From assembly GCA_964608985.1 (NCBI GenBank), contig CAZSQU010000005.1, positions 7,463 through 71,462 of the forward strand: DNA of 64,000 nucleotides. Reading direction: 5' to 3'. Of this stretch, positions 1 to 8,599 are shown in pieces. Both the position numbers and the translations under genes were made by a program. The notes below the pieces were generated by a model, which did not search any database, was not told where the DNA came from, and saw only the letters and a list, made by a program, of their open reading frames with translations. This stretch comes from an uncultured Spirochaetales bacterium (lineage in GTDB: Bacteria > Spirochaetota > GWE2-31-10 > CAYYKD01). The first letter of the stretch is position 1. Each line of letters starts with the position of its first letter.

Positions 1-496
1 CGCCATTTATAAGCAGATGCTCAACTACTTTATCTTGAGGAATAGCAAATTTGACATGTGCCGGGAAAGTTGCGCCCCCGAGACCGACTATACCATAATC
101 CTTGATCTTCTGCATTATCTGTTCTCTGGATAGAGACCGCCAATCAAAAATAGAAAGCTGTTTACCCGATCTCTTGAACTCACCTTCAAGTTCGATAACA
201 ACCACCTGACTCTTCTTGCCGACACTTAAAAAAAGTTCATCTATTGCAACAACCGTTCCGGGTATAGATGAATGAACATTAGCAGAAACAAACCCGTTTG
301 CTTTAGCAATAAGCTCTCCCTCTTCTACCTTTTGGCCGACAGCAACAACGATCTCTGCCGGTGCCCCGATACTTTGTGAAATCGGTATATAAACTTTTAC
401 AGGGATATCCGCACTCTCAATTTTCTTATTTTTTGTTAAATACTTGAAACTTTCCGGATGGATGCCGGCATTACCAAACCCTTTTTTAAAAAACAT
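1..496 (-). CDS. rsxC: Rnf/Rsx electron transport complex subunit C, N-terminal part (runs off the window start)
   Basis: Not in the ORF track; translated by hand from ATG at 496: MFFKKGFGNAGIHPESFKYLT...VYIPISQSIGAPAEIVV...GFVSANVHSSIPGTV...GIVGLGGATFPAHVK...HLLING. These are RnfC N-terminal and FMN-binding motifs. The frame stays open to position 1. Confidence 0.92.
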   Translation of the reverse strand, partial: MFFKKGFGNAGIHPESFKYLTKNKKIESADIPVKVYIPISQSIGAPAEIVVAVGQKVEEGELIAKANGFVSANVHSSIPGTVVAIDELFLSVGKKSQVVVIELEGEFKRSGKQLSIFDWRSLSREQIMQKIKDYGIVGLGGATFPAHVKFAIPQDKVVEHLLING

Positions 497-522
497 TTGA
501 CTCGCCTTCTAATTTTTTTGAT

Positions 523-551
523 ATAATACAAAGATATTTTAAATGTGTCAA
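523..551 (-). promoter_or_regulatory. Putative sigma70 promoter of rsxC
   Basis: TTGACA-17 bp-TATTAT on the minus strand, 27 bp upstream of the ATG. Confidence 0.6.
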
Positions 552-702
552 TGTTATATTTACTAAAAAACAGATAATAATCGCAATAACTTTTCAGCAT
601 TCATTATTCATAAGAACCGTTCACACTGCATAATAATTGGCCCCTTAACAAATTTAAAAATCTGTTTTCACTCTCAATTTTTAACAATACTTGGCTGTTC
701 TG

Positions 703-793
703 TTGCTGATTATCTGCGAGTTACTTTATTTTGAGTTTCAAAATACCGCACCCCTTTGCTACCCAAAATGTTACTTCGCTTAGCTACGATTGT
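703..793 (-). mobile_element. Degenerate, internally deleted relic of the 172-bp MITE family
   Basis: TTGCTGATTATCtgCGAGTTACTttATTTT (703-732) and TACTTCGCTTaGCTACGATT (772-791) match the reverse complement of the elements at 32518 and 36609. The termini are eroded. Confidence 0.6.
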
Positions 794-912
794 TACATGG
801 TGCAAGTTATAATTCTTTATTATTTTAACTTTTTTATTACACTAAATTAACAAAGTTTTGCTATGTTTTTTTAAAATTACAATAAAAGCACTTGTAAATG
901 CCTCATTCTGTT

Positions 913-942
913 TGTAACCTTGAACTCTATCTGTAACCTTGA
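913..942. repeat. 11-bp direct repeat TGTAACCTTGA x2, candidate operator
   Basis: Exact copies at 913-923 and 932-942, plus a partial TGTAA at 893. They lie upstream of an extended -10 element. Confidence 0.55.
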
Positions 943-966
943 TCTTTTTTTTTGCAAATACTTCGT

Positions 967-975
967 TGCTATAAT
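967..975 (+). promoter_or_regulatory. Putative extended -10 promoter (TGnTATAAT) for the gene at 1159
   Basis: TGCTATAAT at 967-975. Confidence 0.4.
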
Positions 976-1158
976 ATTTATATAATATTAGGCACACAAA
1001 GTACCGTATAGCGTGAAGAATAAAAAAACCGGCATAATTGTCAACTTTAGCTTCCTGTTTATGCAAATATTGTCCTTGGTTACAATCTAAATCAGGTGTT
1101 AAAAAAGTGCTCTTTATTGATAATGAAATCAAATCGATAATAAAAAGGAGTATTATTA

Positions 1159-2742
1159 ATGAAAAAAAATGTATTTTTCCCCGTAATTTTATTGGTCGTA
1201 ACTTTTTTTCTCGGCTGCACTCTCGGTAATTCGGATGAAGATAAAAAAAACAATGATAAACCCGATGAACCTACCGAGCTTTCTAAGGTAACTCTTTATT
1301 TTACAAGCTTTAACTCACAGGAGTCCACTCTTGAAGTAGATGGCTTTAGAGTTTATGGTTATGGTGACGCCTCGCTTGATGTTGATGTTGAACCTGAGTA
1401 TATAACAGTATCAGATGATTCACTAACTGCATGGGTTACTTTGCAGGAGAATAACGGAATCGCAAAAATCAGTTTGTCAGGAACACCGCAAATAACAGAT
1501 ATCTTCCCGTTGGGATTTAAGGACTACAGCAGCGGAGACAACAAAATCGACGCAAATGACAAAGACGAGCTTTCAGGAACAGATAAAAGAAGTAACTATG
1601 ACAACCTCTATGGTATGTATCAACCTGATGCGATAGCTCATTATGAGTATAATGGATTAACCTATCTGTTGACTGCTAATGAGGGAGAAGCAAGAGAATG
1701 GGGACCATTTATTGATGAAGCTAGGGTTAAGGATATAACACTCGATCCAATCGCATTTCCGAATGCTGAAGATTTACAAGAAAATGGAATGATCGGCAGA
1801 CTCAATGTAACGACAAACATATTTTCAAGTACTGCAGTTACAACACACGACAAGCTTTATACATTCGGAGCAAGATCTTTTTCAGTATGGAACGGGACAA
1901 ACGGAGCACTGATTTGGGATAGCGGTGTTGATACAGAACAAAGAGCTGTCGATGCAGGAACTTATGATGACGGAAGAAGCGACAACAAGGGAGCAGAGCC
2001 GGAAGGAATTACAGTCGGTACTGTAGGCGATAAAGTTTTTGCTTTTGTTGGACTTGAAAGAGCAGATGCAGTGCTGATCTATGATATTACAAATCCGGTA
2101 AACCCAGTTTATTCTCAAACATTAACCCATCCGGACAACTCAGATGATGCACCTGAAGGATTATTATTTATCCCGGCTGTTAACAGCCCTTCAAGCAATC
2201 CGCTGCTAATCGTATCGAATGAAGAAAGTGCAACCGTATCAATATGGGAATCCAATTCAAGTGGCGTTTTTGCTCACAAGTCAACAATTCAATTAGATGG
2301 AGGCGTTGGAGCTGCAGAGATCTCCGCTTATTGTAAAACCACAAAAAAACTTTTTGTTGTTAACAACGGAATCGATAATCTTGCATCACAAATCGATATT
2401 ATTGATCTAACAAATATTGACTCGCCGACTGTCTTGTCACCGATTGTCACTACCGATTATGGGACCAATATAAACAGTGTGGCTATAAGAAACGGTCTTC
2501 TTGCTGTAGCATTAGAAGGAGCAAACAAAACTGATACAGGCAAGGCAGTTCTTTTCAAAACATCTGATTCTTCATTTGTCGGACAGATAGGAACAGGAGC
2601 TCAACCGGATATGATTACATTCAGCCCGGATGGAAAGTTCATTCTAACAGCAGATGAAGGTGAACCATCAGATGATTATTCAATCGATCCAAAAGGCTCG
2701 ATAACAGTAATAAGAATTCCTTCAAGCTTTTATTCAAATTAA
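1159..2742 (+). CDS. Choice-of-anchor I family (alkaline-phosphatase-associated beta-propeller) lipoprotein, circularly permuted
   Basis: Lipobox FFLGC. Family motifs EPEYITVS, AWVTLQENN, GMYQPDAIA, TANEGE, FGARSFS, SDNKGAEPEG, GLER, PEGLLFIPA, AAEISAY, NSVA, PDMITFSPDG and DEGEPSDDY..DPKGS are all present. Confidence 0.85.
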   Translation: MKKNVFFPVILLVVTFFLGCTLGNSDEDKKNNDKPDEPTELSKVTLYFTSFNSQESTLEVDGFRVYGYGDASLDVDVEPEYITVSDDSLTAWVTLQENNGIAKISLSGTPQITDIFPLGFKDYSSGDNKIDANDKDELSGTDKRSNYDNLYGMYQPDAIAHYEYNGLTYLLTANEGEAREWGPFIDEARVKDITLDPIAFPNAEDLQENGMIGRLNVTTNIFSSTAVTTHDKLYTFGARSFSVWNGTNGALIWDSGVDTEQRAVDAGTYDDGRSDNKGAEPEGITVGTVGDKVFAFVGLERADAVLIYDITNPVNPVYSQTLTHPDNSDDAPEGLLFIPAVNSPSSNPLLIVSNEESATVSIWESNSSGVFAHKSTIQLDGGVGAAEISAYCKTTKKLFVVNNGIDNLASQIDIIDLTNIDSPTVLSPIVTTDYGTNINSVAIRNGLLAVALEGANKTDTGKAVLFKTSDSSFVGQIGTGAQPDMITFSPDGKFILTADEGEPSDDYSIDPKGSITVIRIPSSFYSN

Positions 2743-2758
2743 CAGATCAAGGATTATA

Positions 2759-2792
2759 TTAAAGGGTTAATATCTTGTATTTAACCCTTTAA
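2759..2792. terminator. Likely bidirectional intrinsic terminator between convergent genes
   Basis: Inverted repeat TTAAAGGGTTAA ... TTAACCCTTTAA. Confidence 0.65.
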
Positions 2793-2891
2793 CAATAATT
2801 GCATAGCAAATCAAAAAAATCATCCATTTATATGAACATCTTTCTTAATCTATGGCACACCTAATCAATTACTTTTGAGTAATATATTTAT

Positions 2892-4610
2892 CTACCGGAT
2901 TATTACATTTATCCTATTGTCATTGTAATCTTCTACATTTATTGAACCGTGATTCTGTACAAATTCCATTACAACATCCGCATAAATCTTGTTCGTGTTG
3001 TAGCCGTTATCTTTATATGGTGTTAACATCCTATAATTATCTCCCCCATCAACCATAAAACTATTCGCCGCAACTCTGTATATCTTAGTTTTTCCGTCAG
3101 CATCTGTTATCTCAAAGGGCCTTCCGTCTGCAAACCTGATGTTATTTACAGTAAAATCTCTCAAAGCAGGCTTAACAATCAGATCCCAACGCAATCCGCT
3201 TGCCTGAAGAAACGATCCCCCGCCATGATTAGAAGCACCATGTACAACTGCTTCAACTATTACCGTTGCAGGGACATCAAGTATCCACATCGTATTTGAA
3301 AAAGGTACAATCCCAATAATGTCACCTCTGGTTACATCACCTTCCCTCATTCCGGCCCGCAAGCCACCGGCGTTTTGAAGAACAATATCTACACCAAGAA
3401 CCTCTTTAAATGCATCAACAACAAAATTTGCAACCGGTATATCGTCACTTCTGCTTATCGCTTTTTCAAATTCAAAATTCCCTCTTAAAACACCGATTTT
3501 CTCATTCTTAATAACCTCAACCCTTTCAACAAATGGTTTTATAATATTGATGATTTCTTGATCCTCGGTAATCGGGTACTCATATGGAAATAGATTACTG
3601 ACTTCGTATTCTCCATTTGCATTTGTTACATTAATGGGAATAATTGAACCGTTCACTTCGGTAAGATTGCCTCTTTTAAACACCATATCAACCCTTCCCA
3701 GATACTTCCCCCATTCACCGGCCTGTACAACCCATGTGTTTTTTATCTTTACCGGCTCCTCTATAAGAGTGTGTGTATCAGAACCGACAATAAGATCTAT
3801 ACCATTGACGATCTTTGCGAGATCCTCATCCCCCCAGCTCCTTTGATCTGCATCTTCCGTGAACTGTGATCTGTCGGCATAATACCCCAGATGTGTTAAG
3901 GCGATTACAACATCAACTTTTTCTTCTTCTCTTAATTTTTTAACTGTTCTGACAGCCACGGCAAAAGGGTCTCCGACTTCTACATTCACAACATTTTCAA
4001 GCTTAGTTGTTGTAACTATACTTGGTTTTACAACTGTAAATATGCCTACTCTGACACCGTTATATTCTCTTATCAAGTATTCATCAAAAATGAGCTGTCT
4101 GTCATTTAAAGGCACATCTCCTCCAATCGGAGTTTTATTTGTTTCTTCAACAAAATAGATATTTGAACCTAAAAAAGCGGTATTTGGAACCAGATTCTTA
4201 AGTGTAACAGTCAAGTGGTCAAAACCATAATCAAACTCATGATTGCCGATTGCAATAGCATCATAATTCATATAACCATAAGCCGCATAATCTATCTCAC
4301 CTTTATTGAGATTTGATTCAATTAATCCGCTTAAGATATCTCCTGCATCAAGAAGCAATACATTATCCACTTCGTCTCTTACCATATTAATAAGAGTTGA
4401 TCTTGCTGCTAATCCGCCCTGCCCCTTTTCTCCTAAAGCAAGCCCGTCACCGTAAGCATTGAATGATGTTGGGTGCCCATGGTAATCGTTTGTATGAAGA
4501 ACAGTAAGTTTAAATGTACCCTTTTCAAACGGAGACCTACTCTTCCCCGAACACCCTGTAACTAAAAACAATACAACTCCAAATAAAAATATTTTTAGAA
4601 AAACCTTCAT
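2892..4610 (-). CDS. ushA: UshA-like 5'-nucleotidase / UDP-sugar hydrolase lipoprotein
   Basis: Motifs HTNDYHG, DAGD, GNHEFDYG, THLG, QAGEWGKYLG, then the C-terminal domain NAGGLR, PFSN, SFLQASG, GGDNY. Lipobox LVTGC. Start moved to ATG 4610, which has an upstream AGGGG RBS. Confidence 0.88.
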   Translation of the reverse strand: MKVFLKIFLFGVVLFLVTGCSGKSRSPFEKGTFKLTVLHTNDYHGHPTSFNAYGDGLALGEKGQGGLAARSTLINMVRDEVDNVLLLDAGDILSGLIESNLNKGEIDYAAYGYMNYDAIAIGNHEFDYGFDHLTVTLKNLVPNTAFLGSNIYFVEETNKTPIGGDVPLNDRQLIFDEYLIREYNGVRVGIFTVVKPSIVTTTKLENVVNVEVGDPFAVAVRTVKKLREEEKVDVVIALTHLGYYADRSQFTEDADQRSWGDEDLAKIVNGIDLIVGSDTHTLIEEPVKIKNTWVVQAGEWGKYLGRVDMVFKRGNLTEVNGSIIPINVTNANGEYEVSNLFPYEYPITEDQEIINIIKPFVERVEVIKNEKIGVLRGNFEFEKAISRSDDIPVANFVVDAFKEVLGVDIVLQNAGGLRAGMREGDVTRGDIIGIVPFSNTMWILDVPATVIVEAVVHGASNHGGGSFLQASGLRWDLIVKPALRDFTVNNIRFADGRPFEITDADGKTKIYRVAANSFMVDGGDNYRMLTPYKDNGYNTNKIYADVVMEFVQNHGSINVEDYNDNRINVIIR

Positions 4611-4638
4611 AATACTAACCCCTTTAAATACAAAATAA

Positions 4639-4668
4639 TGATTAGGTGTCAGATACAACACCTAATCA
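4639..4668. terminator. Intergenic stem-loop (terminator or processing/stabilising hairpin)
   Basis: Perfect 11-bp inverted repeat TGATTAGGTGT-CAGATACA-ACACCTAATCA. Confidence 0.55.
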
Positions 4669-4696
4669 AAAAACAATAAATAATTATAGTAACCTG

Positions 4697-7390
4697 CTAC
4701 TCATAAACAATATCATCTATGTAAAAGTTATAAATACCTGAGCTTCCACCTCTTATAGTGAAAGGATATTCAGATGGTACAATAGTTCCGTCAAGTACCA
4801 ATGTTACCTTAATCCATTGTCCAAGAGTATCAAAACCTGTTGTATAGCTAGCTGATCCTCCTGCAGATATTGTTTCTGATGATAAATCACCCAGAACAAA
4901 GTATCTGTTTCCTGAAGATCCTCCAATCTGAACTACAAGACCTTTAGTGCCTGTCCCCTTAACATAAAAGCTTATTTTAGTGTATGATCCTTTAGAGTTT
5001 AAGTTAGAAGAACACTTGATCATATCACCATTAGATCCGCCCATTGTTTTAATAACTTGCAGACTTCTTGTGCCTGTAACTTTTTCGGTAGTTGAATAGC
5101 TAACAGATGTTACTCCTGTCGTTAGACCAATATCACTTTCCATATCTGAATTAGTAAATGCCAAAACAAGTACCGGCGGTTCACCATCGTTTATTGTCAA
5201 ACCTATATTTACAGTTTTTTCCGGTGCATCTCCTGTTACGGTTACCGTAGCAGTGTAACTACCCTCAGTTATCGTGTCCGGCACTCTATACTCATACGAA
5301 TAAACACCGTCTCCCGAAACTGCGTCACCATTTGTGCCGTCATCGTACATAACTTGTGTACCGCTTCCACCTATAGTTGATAGATTAATCTTAACGGCAG
5401 AAGCTGTTGCACCGTAAAGAGCTTGAACTTTTACACTGAACACAACATCCTCAGATAAATCAAGAACAGAAATTGAATTCGGTGTCGCCTTAGACTGACT
5501 TAAAACAAACTCAGGGTCTGGGTCGAGTAATTGAACGGTTAATTTATTTACACTCGCCATCAGAGTCCCGCCATCAGACTCACCTACTGCATAAACATCA
5601 TAACCGGCACCGGCAGTCAAACCTGAAGAAAATGTTGTTTTGTAACTATAATCCGGGGTATTGACCGTCTTGTATCCTTGAGACACAAGTGTTACTCCTC
5701 CATAGTTAACCCCGGCTTTAACTTCAGCCGTTGTAGGGGCAGTTGCGCCTGCATTAACTACTATAAAGTATATCTTACCCTTGCTTTGCTGTGCAACGAA
5801 ATACTCAAAAGTAGTTTTTGTTATATTGAGAGATTTTGGATGACCGGCAGTCCATTCCGGAGCGATCAAACTCGGAGCGGCAGTTTTAGCGCTTATTTTG
5901 ACCGGCGGATCGATACATGTACCGGCCTCATTGGTTGCAGTAACGAATATATCGTATTCTGTATCAGGTGTTAGATTTGAAAACGAAATATATTTATATA
6001 TATTTAAATTTGATTCACTAACAGTATAGTTTTTTCTAAAATCAGAGTTAAGCAGATCACCGCTTGCATCTTGCCCTGCTTTGACCTGAAGAGCTGAAGG
6101 CGGATTGGAATTCTTAGGCAACAATACGCCGTAAAATGCTCCTATCCTTTTAACAGCCATATTTACCCTTAGAGTCGTAGTGGTAGTATTTGAATCATCA
6201 AGTGCCGGAGGCATACCGGTACTCCATTCCTGAGGAGTATCATCAGCCGCAATTGTTGTTATTGATATTTTGTATGGCGGCGATATCAAAGTCGTTTCTG
6301 TATCGGCTGTAAAATAAAAATCGTATTCGGTTTCCGGTGTTAATGTTGAAAAAGTTAAATAATTATAAGTATTAACATTTTCAGACGATATTGTGTAGTT
6401 CCTTGCAAGACTTGACCCCAAAGTATTTCCTGATCCATCTTTTCCTTCTTTTATTTGTGCACTTGTTGGAGTTGTAGATCCTTTAGGGACAGCAACACCA
6501 TATATTTTACCTGCTTTCTGAACAGCAAGATAGGCCTTAACAATAGTTCCGGAAATGTCTTGATTATCTATCTTAGGTAAACTTCCAAGCGTCCACCCTT
6601 GTTGCGCTGCATTCAAAGTTGTAAATGAGATTTCTTGAGGATTAATCAAAGTAACGGGAGGTGTCTCCATATTTTCGGCTGTCACAACTAAGCGATACTC
6701 TGTTCCTGCGATCAACCCGGTTATTACCCCACTGTATGAAAGCACACCGGCCTGCGATGAACCTTTCTTGACTACATTAATACTTTCTGTAGAAGTACCG
6801 GATATAATAACATCAGAGCTCATATCATCACTTGTATTATCTGTTACTATGTAGTAGATCTTCCCTTTTTTATTAATATCACATCTAAAACCAAATCCTG
6901 TTTCAGATACCCCGTCAGACATCAACTCAGTTATATCCGGAGCAACAGTATCCAATAACGCTGTTTGAAAAGAAAGATTTGCCACAATCCCTTTATTTCC
7001 CGCATCATCCTGTCCAACAATAAAAAGTTCGTATTTAGTTTCCGGATTTAGAAACATACTCGAGACGGCAATCTCATAATAAATATTGGCACTCACTTGT
7101 TTGTTACCGAAAACAATCGCATTCTTCCCGATCTTAAGATCGTCAAAAGAAACACTTTCTGTTCCCTCAGAGTAAACCCCCCAATACACCTTACCTTTTT
7201 CGTTTAATTTACCTGCAATAACAAAACTTCTTCCTGTTATCTCATCAGTTGTGTTATCTACTGCAAAAGCGGGAGCTTTAGTGTCTTTTTTAAAAAACAA
7301 CCCGCCATCATCCGGCAAACTGCAGCCGGAAAAATAAACTAAACTCAAAACCACAATTGTTAGTATAACCGCAAAATTTTTTCTTCCCAT
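4697..7390 (-). CDS. Large surface lipoprotein: five Fn3-like modules, a choice-of-anchor X-like motif and a C-terminal jelly-roll-like domain
   Basis: Lipobox YFSGC. Repeated modules with GK(V/I)Y..V and L.P.T.Y motifs, three of which start WxxGxP. Contains YDDGTNGDAVSGDGVYS and ends NFYIDDIVYE. Confidence 0.7.
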   Translation of the reverse strand: MGRKNFAVILTIVVLSLVYFSGCSLPDDGGLFFKKDTKAPAFAVDNTTDEITGRSFVIAGKLNEKGKVYWGVYSEGTESVSFDDLKIGKNAIVFGNKQVSANIYYEIAVSSMFLNPETKYELFIVGQDDAGNKGIVANLSFQTALLDTVAPDITELMSDGVSETGFGFRCDINKKGKIYYIVTDNTSDDMSSDVIISGTSTESINVVKKGSSQAGVLSYSGVITGLIAGTEYRLVVTAENMETPPVTLINPQEISFTTLNAAQQGWTLGSLPKIDNQDISGTIVKAYLAVQKAGKIYGVAVPKGSTTPTSAQIKEGKDGSGNTLGSSLARNYTISSENVNTYNYLTFSTLTPETEYDFYFTADTETTLISPPYKISITTIAADDTPQEWSTGMPPALDDSNTTTTTLRVNMAVKRIGAFYGVLLPKNSNPPSALQVKAGQDASGDLLNSDFRKNYTVSESNLNIYKYISFSNLTPDTEYDIFVTATNEAGTCIDPPVKISAKTAAPSLIAPEWTAGHPKSLNITKTTFEYFVAQQSKGKIYFIVVNAGATAPTTAEVKAGVNYGGVTLVSQGYKTVNTPDYSYKTTFSSGLTAGAGYDVYAVGESDGGTLMASVNKLTVQLLDPDPEFVLSQSKATPNSISVLDLSEDVVFSVKVQALYGATASAVKINLSTIGGSGTQVMYDDGTNGDAVSGDGVYSYEYRVPDTITEGSYTATVTVTGDAPEKTVNIGLTINDGEPPVLVLAFTNSDMESDIGLTTGVTSVSYSTTEKVTGTRSLQVIKTMGGSNGDMIKCSSNLNSKGSYTKISFYVKGTGTKGLVVQIGGSSGNRYFVLGDLSSETISAGGSASYTTGFDTLGQWIKVTLVLDGTIVPSEYPFTIRGGSSGIYNFYIDDIVYE

Positions 7391-7414
7391 TTTCTAATCC
7401 TCCTTCTTATATAA

Positions 7415-7435
7415 CCCGCATAATGCAGGAAAATT
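7415..7435. mobile_element. Solo terminal repeat of the 172-bp MITE family
   Basis: CCCGCATaATGCAgGAAAATT matches the reverse-complemented right end of the 36609-36780 copy at 19/21. Confidence 0.5.
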
Positions 7436-7441
7436 AACCGA

Positions 7442-8599
7442 TTACCAGATAAGCTCTACCAAATCCGGTTTATCTATGAATGGATTTCTATTGTTTTGAT
7501 ACTCAAAAATCCTATCATTTCTTCTTTTCTCATAATCCGACACAGGATCATCCGAATGCCACTGTTTCAGGACACTCAGTATCCCGATAAAAGGAGCTGT
7601 ATCATTACCGACTATCTCATTAATTTCAAGATCAACAAAATCGTACCCGCCATTATTATCATAAGCTATTGCCATATAAAAAATTATTCTTGCGACATCT
7701 CCCTTATCCGCATCTCTCGGCTCCCAAGAATATGTTGCCGTTCGACAGCCGGTATCGGAAGAGTAACCGGAATAAGGCGAGCTGTCTATATATAACGAGC
7801 CGCCATCATTAAAATCGCGGTTATTTCTTGCACTGTTTACTGTTACATCACACGCTCTCAAGTTATGCGCATCTGTTCCGGGTCCGGTATCTGTTCCAAA
7901 ATCCCCATGCGATTTTGCCCAAACATGCTCTCTATTCCAACCGTCCGTATCTGTACCTGACTTGGTTTTTGGAATTGACCATCCGGTATATAACAGCAAG
8001 ACATTATCAGTATTATCAGGATCTTCATCAGCATATTTTAATATATTCCAGCATTGATCATAATCATATCGAATAAATCCGTCATTAATTATTCTATTCA
8101 GCTCATATCTAATCTCATCAACCGAGAGATCGACAATAGTTCTATAATAACCGTTAAATTGATCATTCAATGAAATATACTTCAAATAAATTGTCATTTT
8201 ATCAAAAATCGAATAATTTGACTCAATTGTTAATATTGCATCATCCTGACCTCCCGATACATTTTGATATTTAATGATAATTTCAGAAACTTCTCGCGGA
8301 TTAGTCTTAACAATTGTAAACTCATTGTTGTCAACACTGTAACATTCACTATTTACCCCGATAATAAAACTTACTTCAGAATTTGATTTATTATTGATAG
8401 TTAGAATATAACTCTCTGTATTCTCATCAAACGCAAGGTCACTGTTATTAGAAATTGCCCTGCCATTTGCACTGATATATATCAATCCCTCTTTCTTCTC
8501 CGGTTGAATTGTATAATCACCAAACCCCGCGTCAACGGGCTGATTACATGATACACAAAAAAATAGTACAATTACGATTAAAACAAAATTAATCCTCAT
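7442..8599 (-). CDS. Endonuclease I / Bsn-type extracellular nuclease lipoprotein
   Basis: WNREHVWAKSHGDFG, GTDAHNLR, VNSARNNRDF, WEPRDADKGDVAR, WHSDDPVS..EKRRN, QNNRNPFID. Lipobox CVSC. Start set to ATG 8599, overlapping the upstream stop. Confidence 0.92.
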   Translation of the reverse strand: MRINFVLIVIVLFFCVSCNQPVDAGFGDYTIQPEKKEGLIYISANGRAISNNSDLAFDENTESYILTINNKSNSEVSFIIGVNSECYSVDNNEFTIVKTNPREVSEIIIKYQNVSGGQDDAILTIESNYSIFDKMTIYLKYISLNDQFNGYYRTIVDLSVDEIRYELNRIINDGFIRYDYDQCWNILKYADEDPDNTDNVLLLYTGWSIPKTKSGTDTDGWNREHVWAKSHGDFGTDTGPGTDAHNLRACDVTVNSARNNRDFNDGGSLYIDSSPYSGYSSDTGCRTATYSWEPRDADKGDVARIIFYMAIAYDNNGGYDFVDLEINEIVGNDTAPFIGILSVLKQWHSDDPVSDYEKRRNDRIFEYQNNRNPFIDKPDLVELIW

